Shown here in pieces: positions 44,122 to 57,253 of a stretch of 64,000 nt of DNA. The notes under the pieces are model-generated. The model was not told where the DNA came from. It saw only the letters and a list, made by a program, of their open reading frames with translations, and did not search any database. Position 1 is the stretch's first letter. The number at the start of each line of letters is the position of its first letter. The DNA lies in assembly GCA_951406725.2 (NCBI GenBank), contig OX597833.1, positions 53,382,001 through 53,446,000 of the forward strand, in the 5' to 3' direction. The stretch comes from Octopus vulgaris (Eukaryota). The position numbers and the translations under genes are program-made.

Positions 44122-44993
44122 GACACACACACCACGTAATGAAATCACGATCGATGTGTTTGTTATAGCTTTTCCAATTAGTGATTAGTAAAGGTACAAA
44201 CTTACTCAAGCTATCACTAAACCCCCCCACCGCCACCCGCCACCAATACCACCACCACCACCATCATCACCACCACCACCACCACCACCGCCACCACCGA
44301 TGCCGCCACCCCTCTACCCACTCCTCCCACCCACCCCGCCCTCCATCCATCCCCAACGCTCAACATCCCTTCTGTCCGCACCAGCTTCTTTCTTCTTTCC
44401 TTATATATTTCTCTATACAAGTTATTCATAACTGCAATTGTTATTGTTGTTTTGGTTGTTGTTGCTGTTATTATGACAGAGCGTCTTATGCGTTGCCATG
44501 ACGACATAAAGTGTCCCGAAAAAGCAACGTTTCATCGTGATGTGTTCAATTAAAAACAAAAATAAAAACAAAAATCAAAAACAAAAATAAACAAAAAAAT
44601 AAAGAAAAACAAAAACAAAAACAGCAACGAACAAACAAGCAAAAAAAAAAGAAAAAGAAAAAGAAAAGATCACAACCGGTTGTCTTTTGTTTTAGTTTTT
44701 TATATTGTTGTTTTTGTTTGGTTGTTTTTTTTCTTTTTCTTATTTTTCGTCTTCTTCCTCCGTTTTGTCATTCTCTTTCTATCTCTCACCCTCTCCCTCT
44801 CTCGCTCTGTCTATCTGTCTCCTTCCCTCCTTCCCTCTCTGTCTCTGTCTGTCTGTCTCTCTCTCTCTCAAATATGTATATATATATATATATACATATG
44901 TACATATACAGACACGCACACATATATAAATATATATGTGTCTTATATAAATTATGTATATATATATATTTAGATTCATATATATATATAATG

Positions 44994-45043
<50 letters not shown>

Positions 45044-45053
45044 TACATATATC

Positions 45054-45143
<90 letters not shown>

Positions 45144-45154
45144 TACATACATAC

Positions 45155-45186
<32 letters not shown>

Positions 45187-45427
45187 GTATATATGTATAA
45201 TTAAGCCCTGACAGATGGTTCACAAACAAAAGCGGATGTGGTGTGAGGGAGAGAGGGAGAGAGAGAGAGAGAAAAAAGGAGAGAGAGAGAGTGGAGAATG
45301 GAGATGGGAAGGAGAGAGACGGAGACTGACAGACAGACAACGAAAGAAAGAAAGAAAGAAAGAAAGAAAGGGTTGATGGAACAGAAGCGAAGGGGACAAG
45401 TCCCAAAGCTGCCAGACCTTGATTGAA

Positions 45428-45467
<40 letters not shown>

Positions 45468-45879
45468 CCACACACACATACGATGCCCTTTATATTAATG
45501 TCTCCATACATCATTGATTAAATCAACAGTGTGTGTTCGATCTCCGATTGCAGCCTCACTGACTCAGGTGGTTTTTTGCCACTCCCACTTTTCTACCTAC
45601 GTATGTGGGCATATCTATATGTATAACATGTATACGTGAATGCATTTGTGCTTGTGTGCGTGTGTGTGTGTGTGTGTCGGTGCATGTGTATGTGTGTGTG
45701 TATAAATGGGTGAGCCTATGGTTGTTGTTGTTGTTGTTGTTATTGTGTAGCTCCTATCCAACCTTAATCCAACATATTTATCGTCAAAGATATTCCAACC
45801 ATGGCCCATGGCTATCCTGTATTTTTTATACAACTAAGACTACAATGTGTACATATATATATACATACACACACACACA

Positions 45880-45922
<43 letters not shown>

Positions 45923-45927
45923 GTGTG

Positions 45928-45971
<44 letters not shown>

Positions 45972-45975
<4 letters not shown>

Positions 45976-46132
45976 CGTAGAAGTGGCTGTGTGGTAAGTA
46001 GCTTGCTTACGAACCACATGGTTGTGGGTTCAGTCCCACTGTGTGACACCTTGGGCAAGTGTCTTCTACTATAGCCTCAGGCCAACCAAAGTCTTGTGAG
46101 TGGATTAGATAGAAACTGAAAGAAGCCCGTTG

Positions 46133-46191
<59 letters not shown>

Positions 46192-46390
46192 GTGTGTATA
46201 TGTTTGTGTGACTGTGTTTGTCCCCCCAACATTGCTTGACAACCCATGCTGGTGTATTTATGTCCCTGTAACTAAGCAGTTCAGCAAAAGAGACTGATAG
46301 AATAAGTGCTAGGCTTACAAAGGATAAGTCCTGTGGTCGATTTGCTCGATCAACCAAAGGCAGTGCTCCAGCCTGGCCACAGTCAATTGA
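45972..46390 (+). mobile_element. SINE family A copy
   Basis: Match to 9070-9490. Confidence 0.85.
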
Positions 46391-46971
46391 ATTGCACTAT
46401 AATTCTATTAACAGCAGCAAGAGGAATTTGGCAAGATTTCTGGCAATTTTTTGCTGGCTAAGACCGGCTTCAGATTGCCCAACAATACGACCTCTTTGAA
46501 AATCTGACAGTTGTGCTGCATTTTTTGTGCGTGGCATGGTTACTTTTCACAAATGTTTAATATAATGGCACCTGGAATGAAAAAGAATAATTACATTGTA
46601 AATTCTACACTGCTGAAAACATATTAAGATGCTTAGATCAGAAATTTTGAAAATTAAAGGTATCTATTTACTTCCTGCATGTCTGTGTAGTTCAAATTTA
46701 CAGAAAACAAAAGACAAAGACAGGTGTAGATACAATAAACAGGTGTATTAGCTTAACGCTTGGGGAAAATGGAAGTGTCTTTTATGTTTCAAGCCTATGC
46801 TCTTTGACAGAAAGGATTAAGAGGGAAAAACGAAGAGAGAGAATGAAAAAAACAGAGAGAGAAAATCTGTGCAGAGTTCAACAGTCCGGTCTTTCAAAAT
46901 GTGACCTCATGTGTACTGTTGGTGATTTTTTTTCCTCTGTCTTCCCTTCTCTGGATCTTTCCTTCTCCTAT

Positions 46972-47006
46972 GTTTCCGACAAAGAGCTCCGCTCGAAACG
47001 TTAAAC
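46972..47006 (+). ncRNA. Minimal hammerhead-like motif with mutated core
   Basis: GTTT-CCGACAA-A-GAGC-TCC-GCTC-GAAA-CGT-T-AAAC; related copy at ~60598-60630 reads TTGACGA-A-GAGC...GAAACGT. Confidence 0.5.
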
Positions 47007-47102
47007 CCTCCTTCTTTCCTTCTTTCCTGAGCGTCCAATAATACTATACTTGTTCCACGTCCTCGCGTTGTTGTGTTTTTTTGTGTTTTCTTCTTTGGAT
47101 TA

Positions 47103-47157
<55 letters not shown>

Positions 47158-47599
47158 GGTTGTCTGGAAAGTTTGTACTGATATTTAAAGGATTTTTAAA
47201 AGAAAGAAAAAGTCAATAAGTACTTGCCATTACATTTTTAATCAACCAGGGTTTCGAAGAATTCTTTTTCCTTTACGACAATTCCTTTGACTTTATCTTC
47301 TTGAAAATTCCTTGTGGATGTCATGCACGGTTGCATCTGATTCAGACTTATCTTTGACATGAGAAATGTTACATCACGTTGGTGGATGTTTGTGAAAATG
47401 ACTTCAAATTGTTTTAGCACTTTCATGATGTTTCCATGCTTTCAAATCACTCTTTTCCATAAATTTTCTTTCTTCAAATCTTTGTCGTACTTCTGCCATT
47501 ATTAGGATCGATTTGATCTGAAAAGAAATGAAAAATCCAGTGAGTTATGGGGAGTCAAAATGTGAGTTCATTTTTTAGGGACACCCTGTATAAATGTAT

Positions 47600-47988
47600 A
47601 CTCTTTTACTCTGTTACTTGTTTCAGTCACTTGTCTGTGGCCATGCTGGAAACCATCCTTTAGTCAAGCAAATCAACTCCAGGACTTATTCTATCTGTCT
47701 CTTTTGCCAAACCGCTAAGTTACGGGGACCTAAACACACCAGCATCGGTTGTCAAGCAATGTTGGGGGTAGAAACACAGACACAAAAACATATACACACA
47801 CATAAATATATATATACATATATACGATGAGCTTCTTTTCAGTTTCCGTCTACCAAATCCACTCACAAGGCTTTGGTCGGCCTGAGGCTATAGTAGAAGA
47901 CACTTGCCCAAGGTGCCACACAGTGGGACTGAACCTGGAGCCATGTGGTTGGTAAGCAAGCTACTTACCACACAGCCACTCCTGCGCC
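47600..47988 (-). mobile_element. SINE family A copy
   Basis: Reverse-complement match to 9070-9490. Confidence 0.85.
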
Positions 47989-48753
47989 TAGTAATTATTA
48001 TTTTTTTAAAGCCTGGCACTCATTCTATTAGTCTCTTTTACAGAACCACTAAGTTGTAGGGACAAAAGCACACCAACATCAGTTATCAAGCCGTGATGAG
48101 GGACAATCACAGGTATAAAGATATACATACACACATGCATACATACATGCATGCATACATAGATACATACAAACATACATACATACATACATGCATACAT
48201 ACATACATGCATGCATGCATACATAGATACATACATACATACATACATACATACATACATACATACATACATGCATGCATGCATACATACATACATACAT
48301 ACATACATGCATGCATGCATACATAGATACATACATACATACATAGATACATACATACATACATACATACATACATGCATGCATACATACATACATACAT
48401 ACATACATACATACATACATACATGCATGCATACATAGATACATACATACATACATACATACATACATACATACATACATACATACATACATACATACAT
48501 ACATACATACATACATACATACATACATGCATGCATGCATGCATACATGCATGCATAAAGGATAAATTAAATATGGAGATATTCTATTGACATTCAATTA
48601 ATTATTTATGTTATAATATTACATTAAATACTATGAATGAATATAATATATAAGATAACATAATATTCTATAAATAATTATAAAAACCATAAAAGGCCAA
48701 CAAATCTTTTCAACTTATATATATTTTTTCCTCAGTTTGTTACTTTATACACA

Positions 48754-48829
<76 letters not shown>

Positions 48830-49064
48830 TTCTCTGTCACACACACACACACATGAAAGGCTTCTTTCAGTTTCTGTCTACCAAATCCACTTACAAGGCT
48901 TTGCTTGGTGCAGGGCAATGGTAGAAGGTACTTTCCCAAGGTGCCACACAGTAGGACTGAAACCAGAACCATACCTAGAGCAGAGGGGTTATAATCCAAA
49001 CAGTGTACCAAATTTGTTTCAGCCCCCCACCCACACACACACACACAACCTTCCTACACACATA

Positions 49065-49294
49065 TATTTCTTTACAACCCACAAGGGGCTAAACACAGAG
49101 GGGACAAACAAGGGCAGACAAATGGATTGTTGATTACATCGACCCCAGTGCGTAACTGGTACTTAATTTATCGACCCCAAAAGGATGAAAGTCAAAGTCG
49201 ACCTCGGCGGAATTTGAACTCAGAACGTGACGGCAGATGAAATATGGCTACACATTTCGCCCGGCGTGCTAACGTTTCTGCCAGCTCGCCGCCT
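49065..49294 (-). mobile_element. SINE family B copy
   Basis: Reverse-complement match to 1687-1920. Confidence 0.85.
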
Positions 49295-50664
49295 CCCCCC
49301 CCCACACACACACACACAATCCTTTTTTTCATTCAGCATTAAGGATCTAGTTGTCACATGATTGACTCAGTCTCCTTTTTTTTAATTTCAAAGGCTCACT
49401 CGTACATGTCTAATTGATCAGCTGCCCACAAGGACTGAAGCCACATTCAAAGACATTGTTCTTCAGAAGGGAACCCCACCTTTTAAGTTGGATGCGGCCA
49501 AGACCTCATTCCTCATGGGCATTTAATGGATTCAACTCATGTCTCTGTGCCTGTGACACTGCAATGGCCATTGTGAGTCATTACCTGTTTACCTTACAAA
49601 TATATTACAAATATATAGGCTACATAATGTATAGAGCTGTCTTTTGTTTCGTTTGTATACACATATACAAATGGATGTACACACCCATAGGGAGAGCATG
49701 AGAGAGAGAGGGAGAAAGAGGGAGGGAGGGAGGGAGAGAATAGAGGAAGAGTAAGATGAAGGTTCCATCAATTAAGCTGTAACTTTTTCAACTTAACTAC
49801 ATCTTCTCCACCTCCGCCTCCTCCTCCTCGTCCTCTTCCGCCTATCACCAGAGATTGACGCTAAGTTATTGATTAGGCTCAAAGTGGTGATGGTGGTGGG
49901 CTTGGTGGTGGCGGTGTTGGTGGTCGGGGAGGGTGGGTGGGTTTCAGGACTATTGGTCCTTCACAGGTGACTGCACTGATAACCTAACCCCCCTCCACCC
50001 TGCACCTTTCTTCTCATGATGGAGTAGATGGAGGTTAAAGAAGCTGGGGGCTATGTGGAGAATAGGGTTTGCGGTGGTAATAGAGTCACTTTCACACACA
50101 CACATACACAAATATGGACACGCATACATACAAAGATGTAAATGTACACATACATGCACACGCCATTAGGTATATATTTATATATGTATAAATATATACA
50201 CACAGGTATCTGTGAGGGGGTATAGATGTACACTTTTATGCTGACCTATAAATACACACAAATATACAATCACACATATGTATGTATACTTATGCATATA
50301 CTTATGCACAAACAAGCAAACACACACACACAAACACATATGCACACACACACACAAGACACACAGACACATAGACACACAGATATTCACCCTTTTCCAA
50401 AGATATATACACATAGATAAATATATGAAGCTACACAGATGCACATACAGACATACACTTAATATATACTACTCATAAATAACACACACACTTATACACA
50501 TATACACATATATACATACACACACACACACGCACACACACACACACACACACATATATATCATCATCATCATTGTTTAACATCTGCATATATATATATA
50601 TATACATACATATAAGTACTTGTACATCTATTTATTGACACATAAACACATACACACACATACA

Positions 50665-50711
<47 letters not shown>

Positions 50712-50867
50712 TATTGTATTGTTGTATCTCAAATATCATGTCAATATAGTTAAACAACATAAACTAACCAGGGAACAAAACTCATATCATTAGTTGCTCT
50801 ATTCTGATATAAACCAGCCTTCCCCATTAAAAGATATATACATTTATATATACATATATATATTTAT

Positions 50868-50924
<57 letters not shown>

Positions 50925-50929
50925 AACTT

Positions 50930-51587
50930 TCATCTTTTACTTGTTTCAGTCATTTGACTGCAGCCATGCTGGAATACCCCCTTGAAGGGTTTTCTTAGAA
51001 CAAATCGACTCCAAGACTTATTTCTTAAGGCTAGTATTTATTCTATAGGTCACTTTGGCCAAACCGCTAAGTTATGAGGACATAAACACACCAACACCTG
51101 TTGTCAAACAGTGACGGAGGACAAATAAGGGCACAAAGACACACACACATAGTTATATGCATATCCATATATATGATGGGCTTCTTCCAGTTTCCACCTA
51201 CCAAATCCACTCACAAGGCTTTGGTTGGCCTAAAGGCTACAGTAGAAGATACTTGCCTAAGGTGCCTTGCAATGAGACTGAACCTGAAGCCTTGGGGTTG
51301 GGAAGCTAGCTTCTTACCACACAGCCACGCCTGCGTATATACATACATATATATAAAAGGTGGTGATCTGGCGGAATCGTTAGCACGCCGGGCAAAATGC
51401 TTAGTGGTATTTCGTCTGCCGTTACGTTCTGAGTTCAAATTCTGCCGAGGTCGACTTTGCCTTTCATCCTTTCGGGGTCGATAAATTAAGTACCAGTTAC
51501 GCACTGGGGTCAATGTAATCGACTTAATCCATTTGTTTGTCCTTGTTTGTCCCCTCTGTGTTTAGCCCCTTGTGGGTAGTAAAGAAT
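50930..51587. mobile_element. SINE A (-, 50930-51333) adjacent to SINE B (+, 51357-51587)
   Basis: Matches to both family sequences in this window. Confidence 0.8.
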
Positions 51588-52452
51588 TATATATATATGT
51601 ATGTATATATATCAACACATACACATAATGGCAGTATTGGTGCGTCAGTCAAAAAATATATTTAACATTTAGCTCTATTTCTTTTGCATTCCTTTACCAA
51701 ATATCATCTTCTTCCTTTCATCAGAAAATAAAATAAAGCCAGCCAAAATACTGTTATGGGCCAATATAATCTCCGACAATTCTTGAAGTCAATTCCCTAA
51801 CAATTAGATGGTTCTGGTTTCAGTCCTACTGTGCAGCACCTTGGGAAAGTGCCTTCTACCATAGCCCTGGGCCAAGCAAAGCCTTGTAAGTGGATTTGGT
51901 AGACAGAAGCTAAAAGAAGCCTTTCATGTGTGTGTTTGTGTGTGTATAAAGTAACAAACTAAGGAAAAAATATATATAAGTTCAATGGCTGAAGGTACCT
52001 CTATGTGGTTATTGAATATACTAGAAATAGCAACCAAATCTGCCTCAACTCACACTTGACTGTCTTAAAAAAATAGCTGCATGGTCCTAGATGGTCCTAA
52101 ATGGTCCTGTATGGTCCAGTCTGAAAATAGGGTAGGATTGTTATAGCTGAAATAACTTTGGTCACATGTCAGTTTGCCCTTGGCTGACCTGTGCCTAAAA
52201 CAGCTAAGAAAACAATCACTGGAAAGAATAAAAGAATAAAAGAATGAAAGAATATATTAAGAGAAACAAATGTTTAAACAGAACATACAGAGAAATCAAT
52301 TAAGTGATTTAGTTATTCAGTCCACAGCAAGATGGGAAGTAGACCAGCCCTGTCTGACGAATTACTAACTTATAATATATACTGAACTGGCATAGAGGTT
52401 TCTGCATAATGTGGAACATATATGTGACTGGAAACAGGAAAAAGAATACGAG

Positions 52453-52487
<35 letters not shown>

Positions 52488-52581
52488 CATATACATATAT
52501 ATGCATACACACACATGCTTACATATATATATATATGAACATATGTATGCATGTATGTGTATGTGTGTATTTGTATATATG

Positions 52582-52614
<33 letters not shown>

Positions 52615-52674
52615 GTGCATGTGCGTGTATATATGTACCTATGTTTATGTAAATATATATTTATGTGTATATAA

Positions 52675-52720
<46 letters not shown>

Positions 52721-52734
52721 GTATGCATACCTTC

Positions 52735-53700
52735 CCTTCATGGGACACAAAACTCTACTTGTGAAGACGTGTTGAGGCAAGTGAGGATCAGAATCGAAAT
52801 CGATCAATGGAAATTGCGGATGTGCTACCAGTGCCGGTTGCATGTCAAAACTCTGCTTGTGAAGACCCGTTGAGGCAAGTGAGGATCAGAATCGAAATCG
52901 ATCAATGGAAATCGATCAATGGAAATTGCAGATGTGTTACCAGTGCCGGTGGCATGTAAGAGAACTTTCCGTTTCGCGACCGTTGCCAGCACCGCCCCGT
53001 TTCGTGTCCGTTGCCAGCCTTGCCTGGCCCTCGTGCCGGTGGCACATAAAAAGCACCATCCGTTCGTGGCCGTTTGCCAGCTCTGTCTGGCCCCAGTGCG
53101 GGTGGCACGTAAAAGCACCCACTACACTCACGGAGTGGTTGGCGTTAGGAAGGGCATCCAGCCGTAGAAACACTGCCAGATTTGACTGGGCCTGATGAAG
53201 CCTTCTGGCTTCACAGACCCCAGTAGAACCGTCCAACCCATGCTAGCATGGAAAACGGACGCTAAACGATGATGATGATGATGATGATATACATACATAT
53301 ATATATATACATACATACATACATATATATATACATACATACATATATATATATATATACATACATATATAACTGCACGGTCCTAGATGATCCTGCATGG
53401 TCCAGTCTGAAAATAGGGTTGATATATATATATCATCATCATCATCATCGTTTAACGTCCACTTTCCATGCTAGCATGAGTTGCACGGTTTGAATGGGGA
53501 CTTGTGAGCCAGATGGCTGCACCAGGCTCCAATCTTGATCTGGCAGAGTTTCTACAGCTGGCTGCCCTTCCTAAAGCCAACCACTCAGAGAGTGTATTGG
53601 GTGTTTTTACGTGCCACCAGCATGAGGGTCAGTCAAGGGGCACTGGCAACGCCCTTGCTCAAATGTTGTTCTTCGTGTACCATCGGCACAAGTGCCAGTA
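52735..53700. mobile_element. Two tail-to-tail RTE-type 3' ends with (GAT)n tails (+ 52735-53288, - 53432-53700)
   Basis: GGCGTTAGGAAGGGCATCCAGCCGTAGAAA...CATGCTAGCATGGAAA...(GAT)n; internal ~95-bp duplication at 52750-52955. Confidence 0.7.
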
Positions 53701-54100
53701 AGATTTGTAAGTGATGGCAAAACATCATAGGATGAATGAATCAGAAAGCTTAGCTGAAACGTGGTCCACTTCCATATCTCATCCCATCTTATTTTCTTCT
53801 CAACAACATGTTCTTCCCATCTCATCATCAGTCCTTGTTGTAAAACATCGGATCAAATGAAGCTCTCTTCTCTCTGCTTCTCTCATTTTGACGCTGTTGC
53901 TAAGGAAGCAGATCTGCGTTCACTCCACATCGTACTCGCAAACGGTGTGAACTGATCTGTACCAAAACCAAGTACTTTGTGATGGTTTTGCATTGCACCC
54001 ATCATCTCTCTGCCTGTTAGAGAAGACAAGATGTCATCAGTCTCTGCTTCTGCTTTCCACTTCCTGGCTAACCACTGGATTTGGTTAAAAAGCGACAATG
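53697..54100 (-). pseudogene. HERO/RLE-type non-LTR retrotransposon fragment (post-RT region)
   Basis: Minus strand RKWKAEAE...REMMG...LGFG and QQGLMMRWE..VEKKIRWDEIWK...LSFLIHSSYDVLPSLTNL resemble the motif QGxWxxWE..RKIxWxxLW..xSFLIxSxYDVLPSPxNL; stops and frameshifts present. Confidence 0.65.
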
Positions 54101-54304
54101 AGCGATGGCTAGAAAATCGAGCTATACTTAATAACCAGTTGATCTAGCAAGCGGGGCCTCTTATCAATGAGCGGGGGCTGGTGTGCATTGATATCATCAA
54201 GAGGTAGGCCCCGAAACAGCGCACGTTCTCTCCTGTTGACCCTATACACTTGCTGGCTTCCAGTATGCCGAGTTCTTGACTGGTAGCGCTTGCATTCTTC
54301 TTCT

Positions 54305-54706
54305 TCTTCTTTTACTTGTTTCAGTCATTTTGACTGCGGCCATACTGGAGCACCGCCTTTAGTTGAGCAAATTGACCCCGGTACTTATTCTTTGTAAGCC
54401 CAGTACTTATTCTATTGGTCTCTTTTGCCGAACCGCTAAGTGACGGGGACGTAAACACACCAGCATCGGTTGTCAAGCAATGCTAGGGGACAAACACAGA
54501 CACACAAACACACACACACACATACATATACATATATATATATATACATATATATGACAGGCTTCTTTCAGTTTATGTCTACCAAATCCACTCACAAGGC
54601 ATTGGTCGGCCCGGAGCTATAGCAGAAGACACTTGCCCAAGATGCCACGCAGTGGGACTGAACCTGGAACCATGTGGTTGGTTAGCAAGCTACTTACCAT
54701 TCAGCC
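54305..54706 (-). mobile_element. SINE family A copy
   Basis: Reverse-complement match to 9070-9490. Confidence 0.88.
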
Positions 54707-55017
54707 TCTGGCAAACAACTTTGCATGTGCAAGTTGTCTTTATAAATAATCAATAAATTGATTTTATAAATAAATATGTATGTACAGGTGAAGTGTTATT
54801 ATCGATACCAGTTCTATCATGCTGCAGATTGAATCTTCTGGACACCTGCCTAGCAATAATATATGCTAGACTTTTATCTTGTTTCAGCTTGTAGAATCTT
54901 CTCCAGTTTCCAGTTGGACATTGGAAGTTGATTGGCTTAAAACAAATTGCTTTTGCTTGTGTTTGTGCTGAAATAAGACAAGAGTAGGCGCAGGAGTGTC
55001 TGTGTGGTAAGTAGCTT

Positions 55018-57010
55018 TCTCACCGAACGCACGCGTTTTTTTTTCGCTCCGGCAAATGTCACGTGTTAACGTGAATTATTGAACATTTTACGGCAACAAG
55101 TAGGACATTTTGGATATTTTTGGAAGCATAGTGAGGTTTGTTGCATGCCGTTAATACTTTTTTGGCATTAATGTTAATTAGTGTTAACACTTTTCTGCGC
55201 GTAACAAGCTTCACTTTGCTTCGGAGGTATTTGTTCTGCCTGTTGGCATATTTATTGTCTCATCTTTTAGTGAGAATTGTGTGTTTTGAGAGGCATAGCC
55301 CCTCCTCAAAAATTAATTTGTTCGCTTGGATTTACCACGGAGAACCAATTGTGCTTGGATTTACCACGGAGAACCAAGTGTGCTGCAACTGGAGTACCCT
55401 GTTTCGTGAGGATTACCAGTTGCAGAACTGTGTTGTCTTCCTTCGTCCTTTTCTCTGCTCTGTCTTTCTGTTCTGTCATTGTGTTTTTTTTTCTTATTGG
55501 ACTTTTGTTATGGCAAAAAAGGAGTTAACCATATGGGAGTTAACACCTCCGAAGGGTTACCTGAAGGAGCTGGAGGACAAAACCGTGGTGTTGAGGACTT
55601 ATTCAAAGTCACTCAACACCATAATGGTTTTTCCGAAAGCCACTATTATGAACGAGCTGGCAGACTATATGCCAGCCGTTAAATACATTCAACGGGGAGC
55701 CAAATACGCAACGATTTGGTTGCTGTTTGACTCCCCTAAAGCAGCTTGCAATTTCGCAAGCAAGCCCATTGAGGGCGAAGAGATTTTGTTTCTCCCAAGC
55801 TACAAGGGAGAAAAATTAATAAGATTATGGGTCTGCGGTCTGCCACCCGGCTTTGAGCCCGAGTGGGTGGAAGATTCTATCCGCCGGGGTCTGAGTGGTG
55901 GTAGCGCTAAGATCCTGAACGTAAGAATGCAGCCTGTGGCTGATTGGGAGGGGTCAAAGGCTACTTTGACTCTATGGACCCAGTCAGCCAAGAGTCTGGT
56001 TTTGCCGGACTTTTTGAGGATGGCCGGGTCCAAGTATCCGGTGATGCTTGAGGGACGCCCCCCCAAGTGTCACCTGTGTTTGGAGACCGGCCACATTAAG
56101 AAGAACTGCCCCAGCGACCAGAGTAGGATCCTGGAGAAGTTAATATCAGAGCCTTTCCCTGTCCCACCAATGGAGGGAGAGAAACAGAACGAGGAAGCGG
56201 TGGCTTCCTCAACAAGAAAACGAAAAGTGGAAAACAATGGTGACCCACTAAAAGACCCGGAAGCTACGGGAGAAAGAGTGGACCCGGCGTGTGCAACGCC
56301 GGAACCTCAACCTCCCGTGGCCCAGGGTAAAAAGAAAAAAAGAAAGAAAAGAAACGGGACGCCGCCAGCGGATTGTAACACGCAGACGGCGTCTCCCATG
56401 TGTCCTCCGGCGGTTGTGGGGCCGGAGAAATATTATGTGGTCCTCTTCCACAAAAGAGGTACACTAGAGAATGAAATAGGTAAGATGAAGAAGAGAAACC
56501 AATGGGAGGGACTTCGGTCCTGCATGGAGTATCCTGAGTGGCCTTCACAGCTGGCTGCGGAGGTCCTACTCGAAAATGATATGTGCAGGATCGAGAATTC
56601 TTTCCCGGAGGATCTCTTGCAAGTTATACCTATATGCGGGGCCTGACGAAGAACGATTGCGTCATTAAAGCATTAGCGTTCATCGGTCAGGTAACGTGAA
56701 CCTGTATTTGGGTTATATTGCGATAGAGGTTTATTGCCTCTGGAAAAACTTTTGAAATTGTAAATTGTAAAATTTGGAATTTTTTTTGAAATTTTTGAAT
56801 TTTTGTAAAATTTTGGAAATTTTGTAAAATTTTGGAAATTTTGTAAAATTATTGGAAAAAAAGAACATTGTTTTAAAGAAGCAAGAGTCGGTGGGCGCTT
56901 TTTGACTTCTCCCATCACCATCTTCATCCACCACCACCATCATCCATTAATGTCTTTGTCCAGCCCGTAGCTACTCTGTGTGCTGCCCTAGTGGCAAAAT
57001 TGTTGAAATA
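55018..57010 (+). mobile_element. ~2.0-kb ORF1-only non-LTR retroelement inserted in a SINE A head
   Basis: TSD AAGTAGCTT at 55009-55017 and 57011-57019; the SINE A head starts at 54986 and resumes in register after the insert; the 3' end forms AATAAA at the junction; no RT/endonuclease ORF. Confidence 0.85.
55510..56646 (+). CDS. LINE ORF1/gag-like nucleic-acid-binding protein (378 aa; RRM-like region, CCHC zinc knuckle, basic NLS-like tract)
   Basis: Uninterrupted GC-richer ORF from ATG 55510 (MAKKELTIW); CX2CX4HX4C knuckle CHLCLETGHIKKNC at 56068-56109; IRLWVCGLP RNP-like motif; KKKKRKKR. Confidence 0.85.
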   Translation: MAKKELTIWELTPPKGYLKELEDKTVVLRTYSKSLNTIMVFPKATIMNELADYMPAVKYIQRGAKYATIWLLFDSPKAACNFASKPIEGEEILFLPSYKGEKLIRLWVCGLPPGFEPEWVEDSIRRGLSGGSAKILNVRMQPVADWEGSKATLTLWTQSAKSLVLPDFLRMAGSKYPVMLEGRPPKCHLCLETGHIKKNCPSDQSRILEKLISEPFPVPPMEGEKQNEEAVASSTRKRKVENNGDPLKDPEATGERVDPACATPEPQPPVAQGKKKKRKKRNGTPPADCNTQTASPMCPPAVVGPEKYYVVLFHKRGTLENEIGKMKKRNQWEGLRSCMEYPEWPSQLAAEVLLENDMCRIENSFPEDLLQVIPICGA

Positions 57011-57150
57011 AAGTAGCTTGCTAACCAACCACATGGTTCCGGGTTCAGTCCCACTGTGTGGAATCTTGGGCAAGTGTCTTCTGCTATAGCCTCGGGCCGA
57101 CCAAAGCCTTGTGAGTGGATTTGGTAGACAAAAACTGAAAGAAGCCTGTC

Positions 57151-57208
<58 letters not shown>

Positions 57209-57253
57209 CAATAATAATTCTCTAAATGAGTTATAGACAGTGACTGCTCCGTA

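Noticed and set aside
55138-55509. Upstream extension of the 502-aa ORF
   Set aside because: Begins at TTG in T-rich sequence containing a tandem repeat; more likely 5' UTR, and the first ATG is at 55510.
55510-56646. Domesticated host zinc-knuckle gene or retroviral gag
   Set aside because: A TSD inside a SINE and the absence of LTRs or introns favour a non-LTR insertion.
56643-56690. Hammerhead starting at CTGACGA
   Set aside because: No GAAA after the putative stem II, and the core is itself base-paired in the hairpin.
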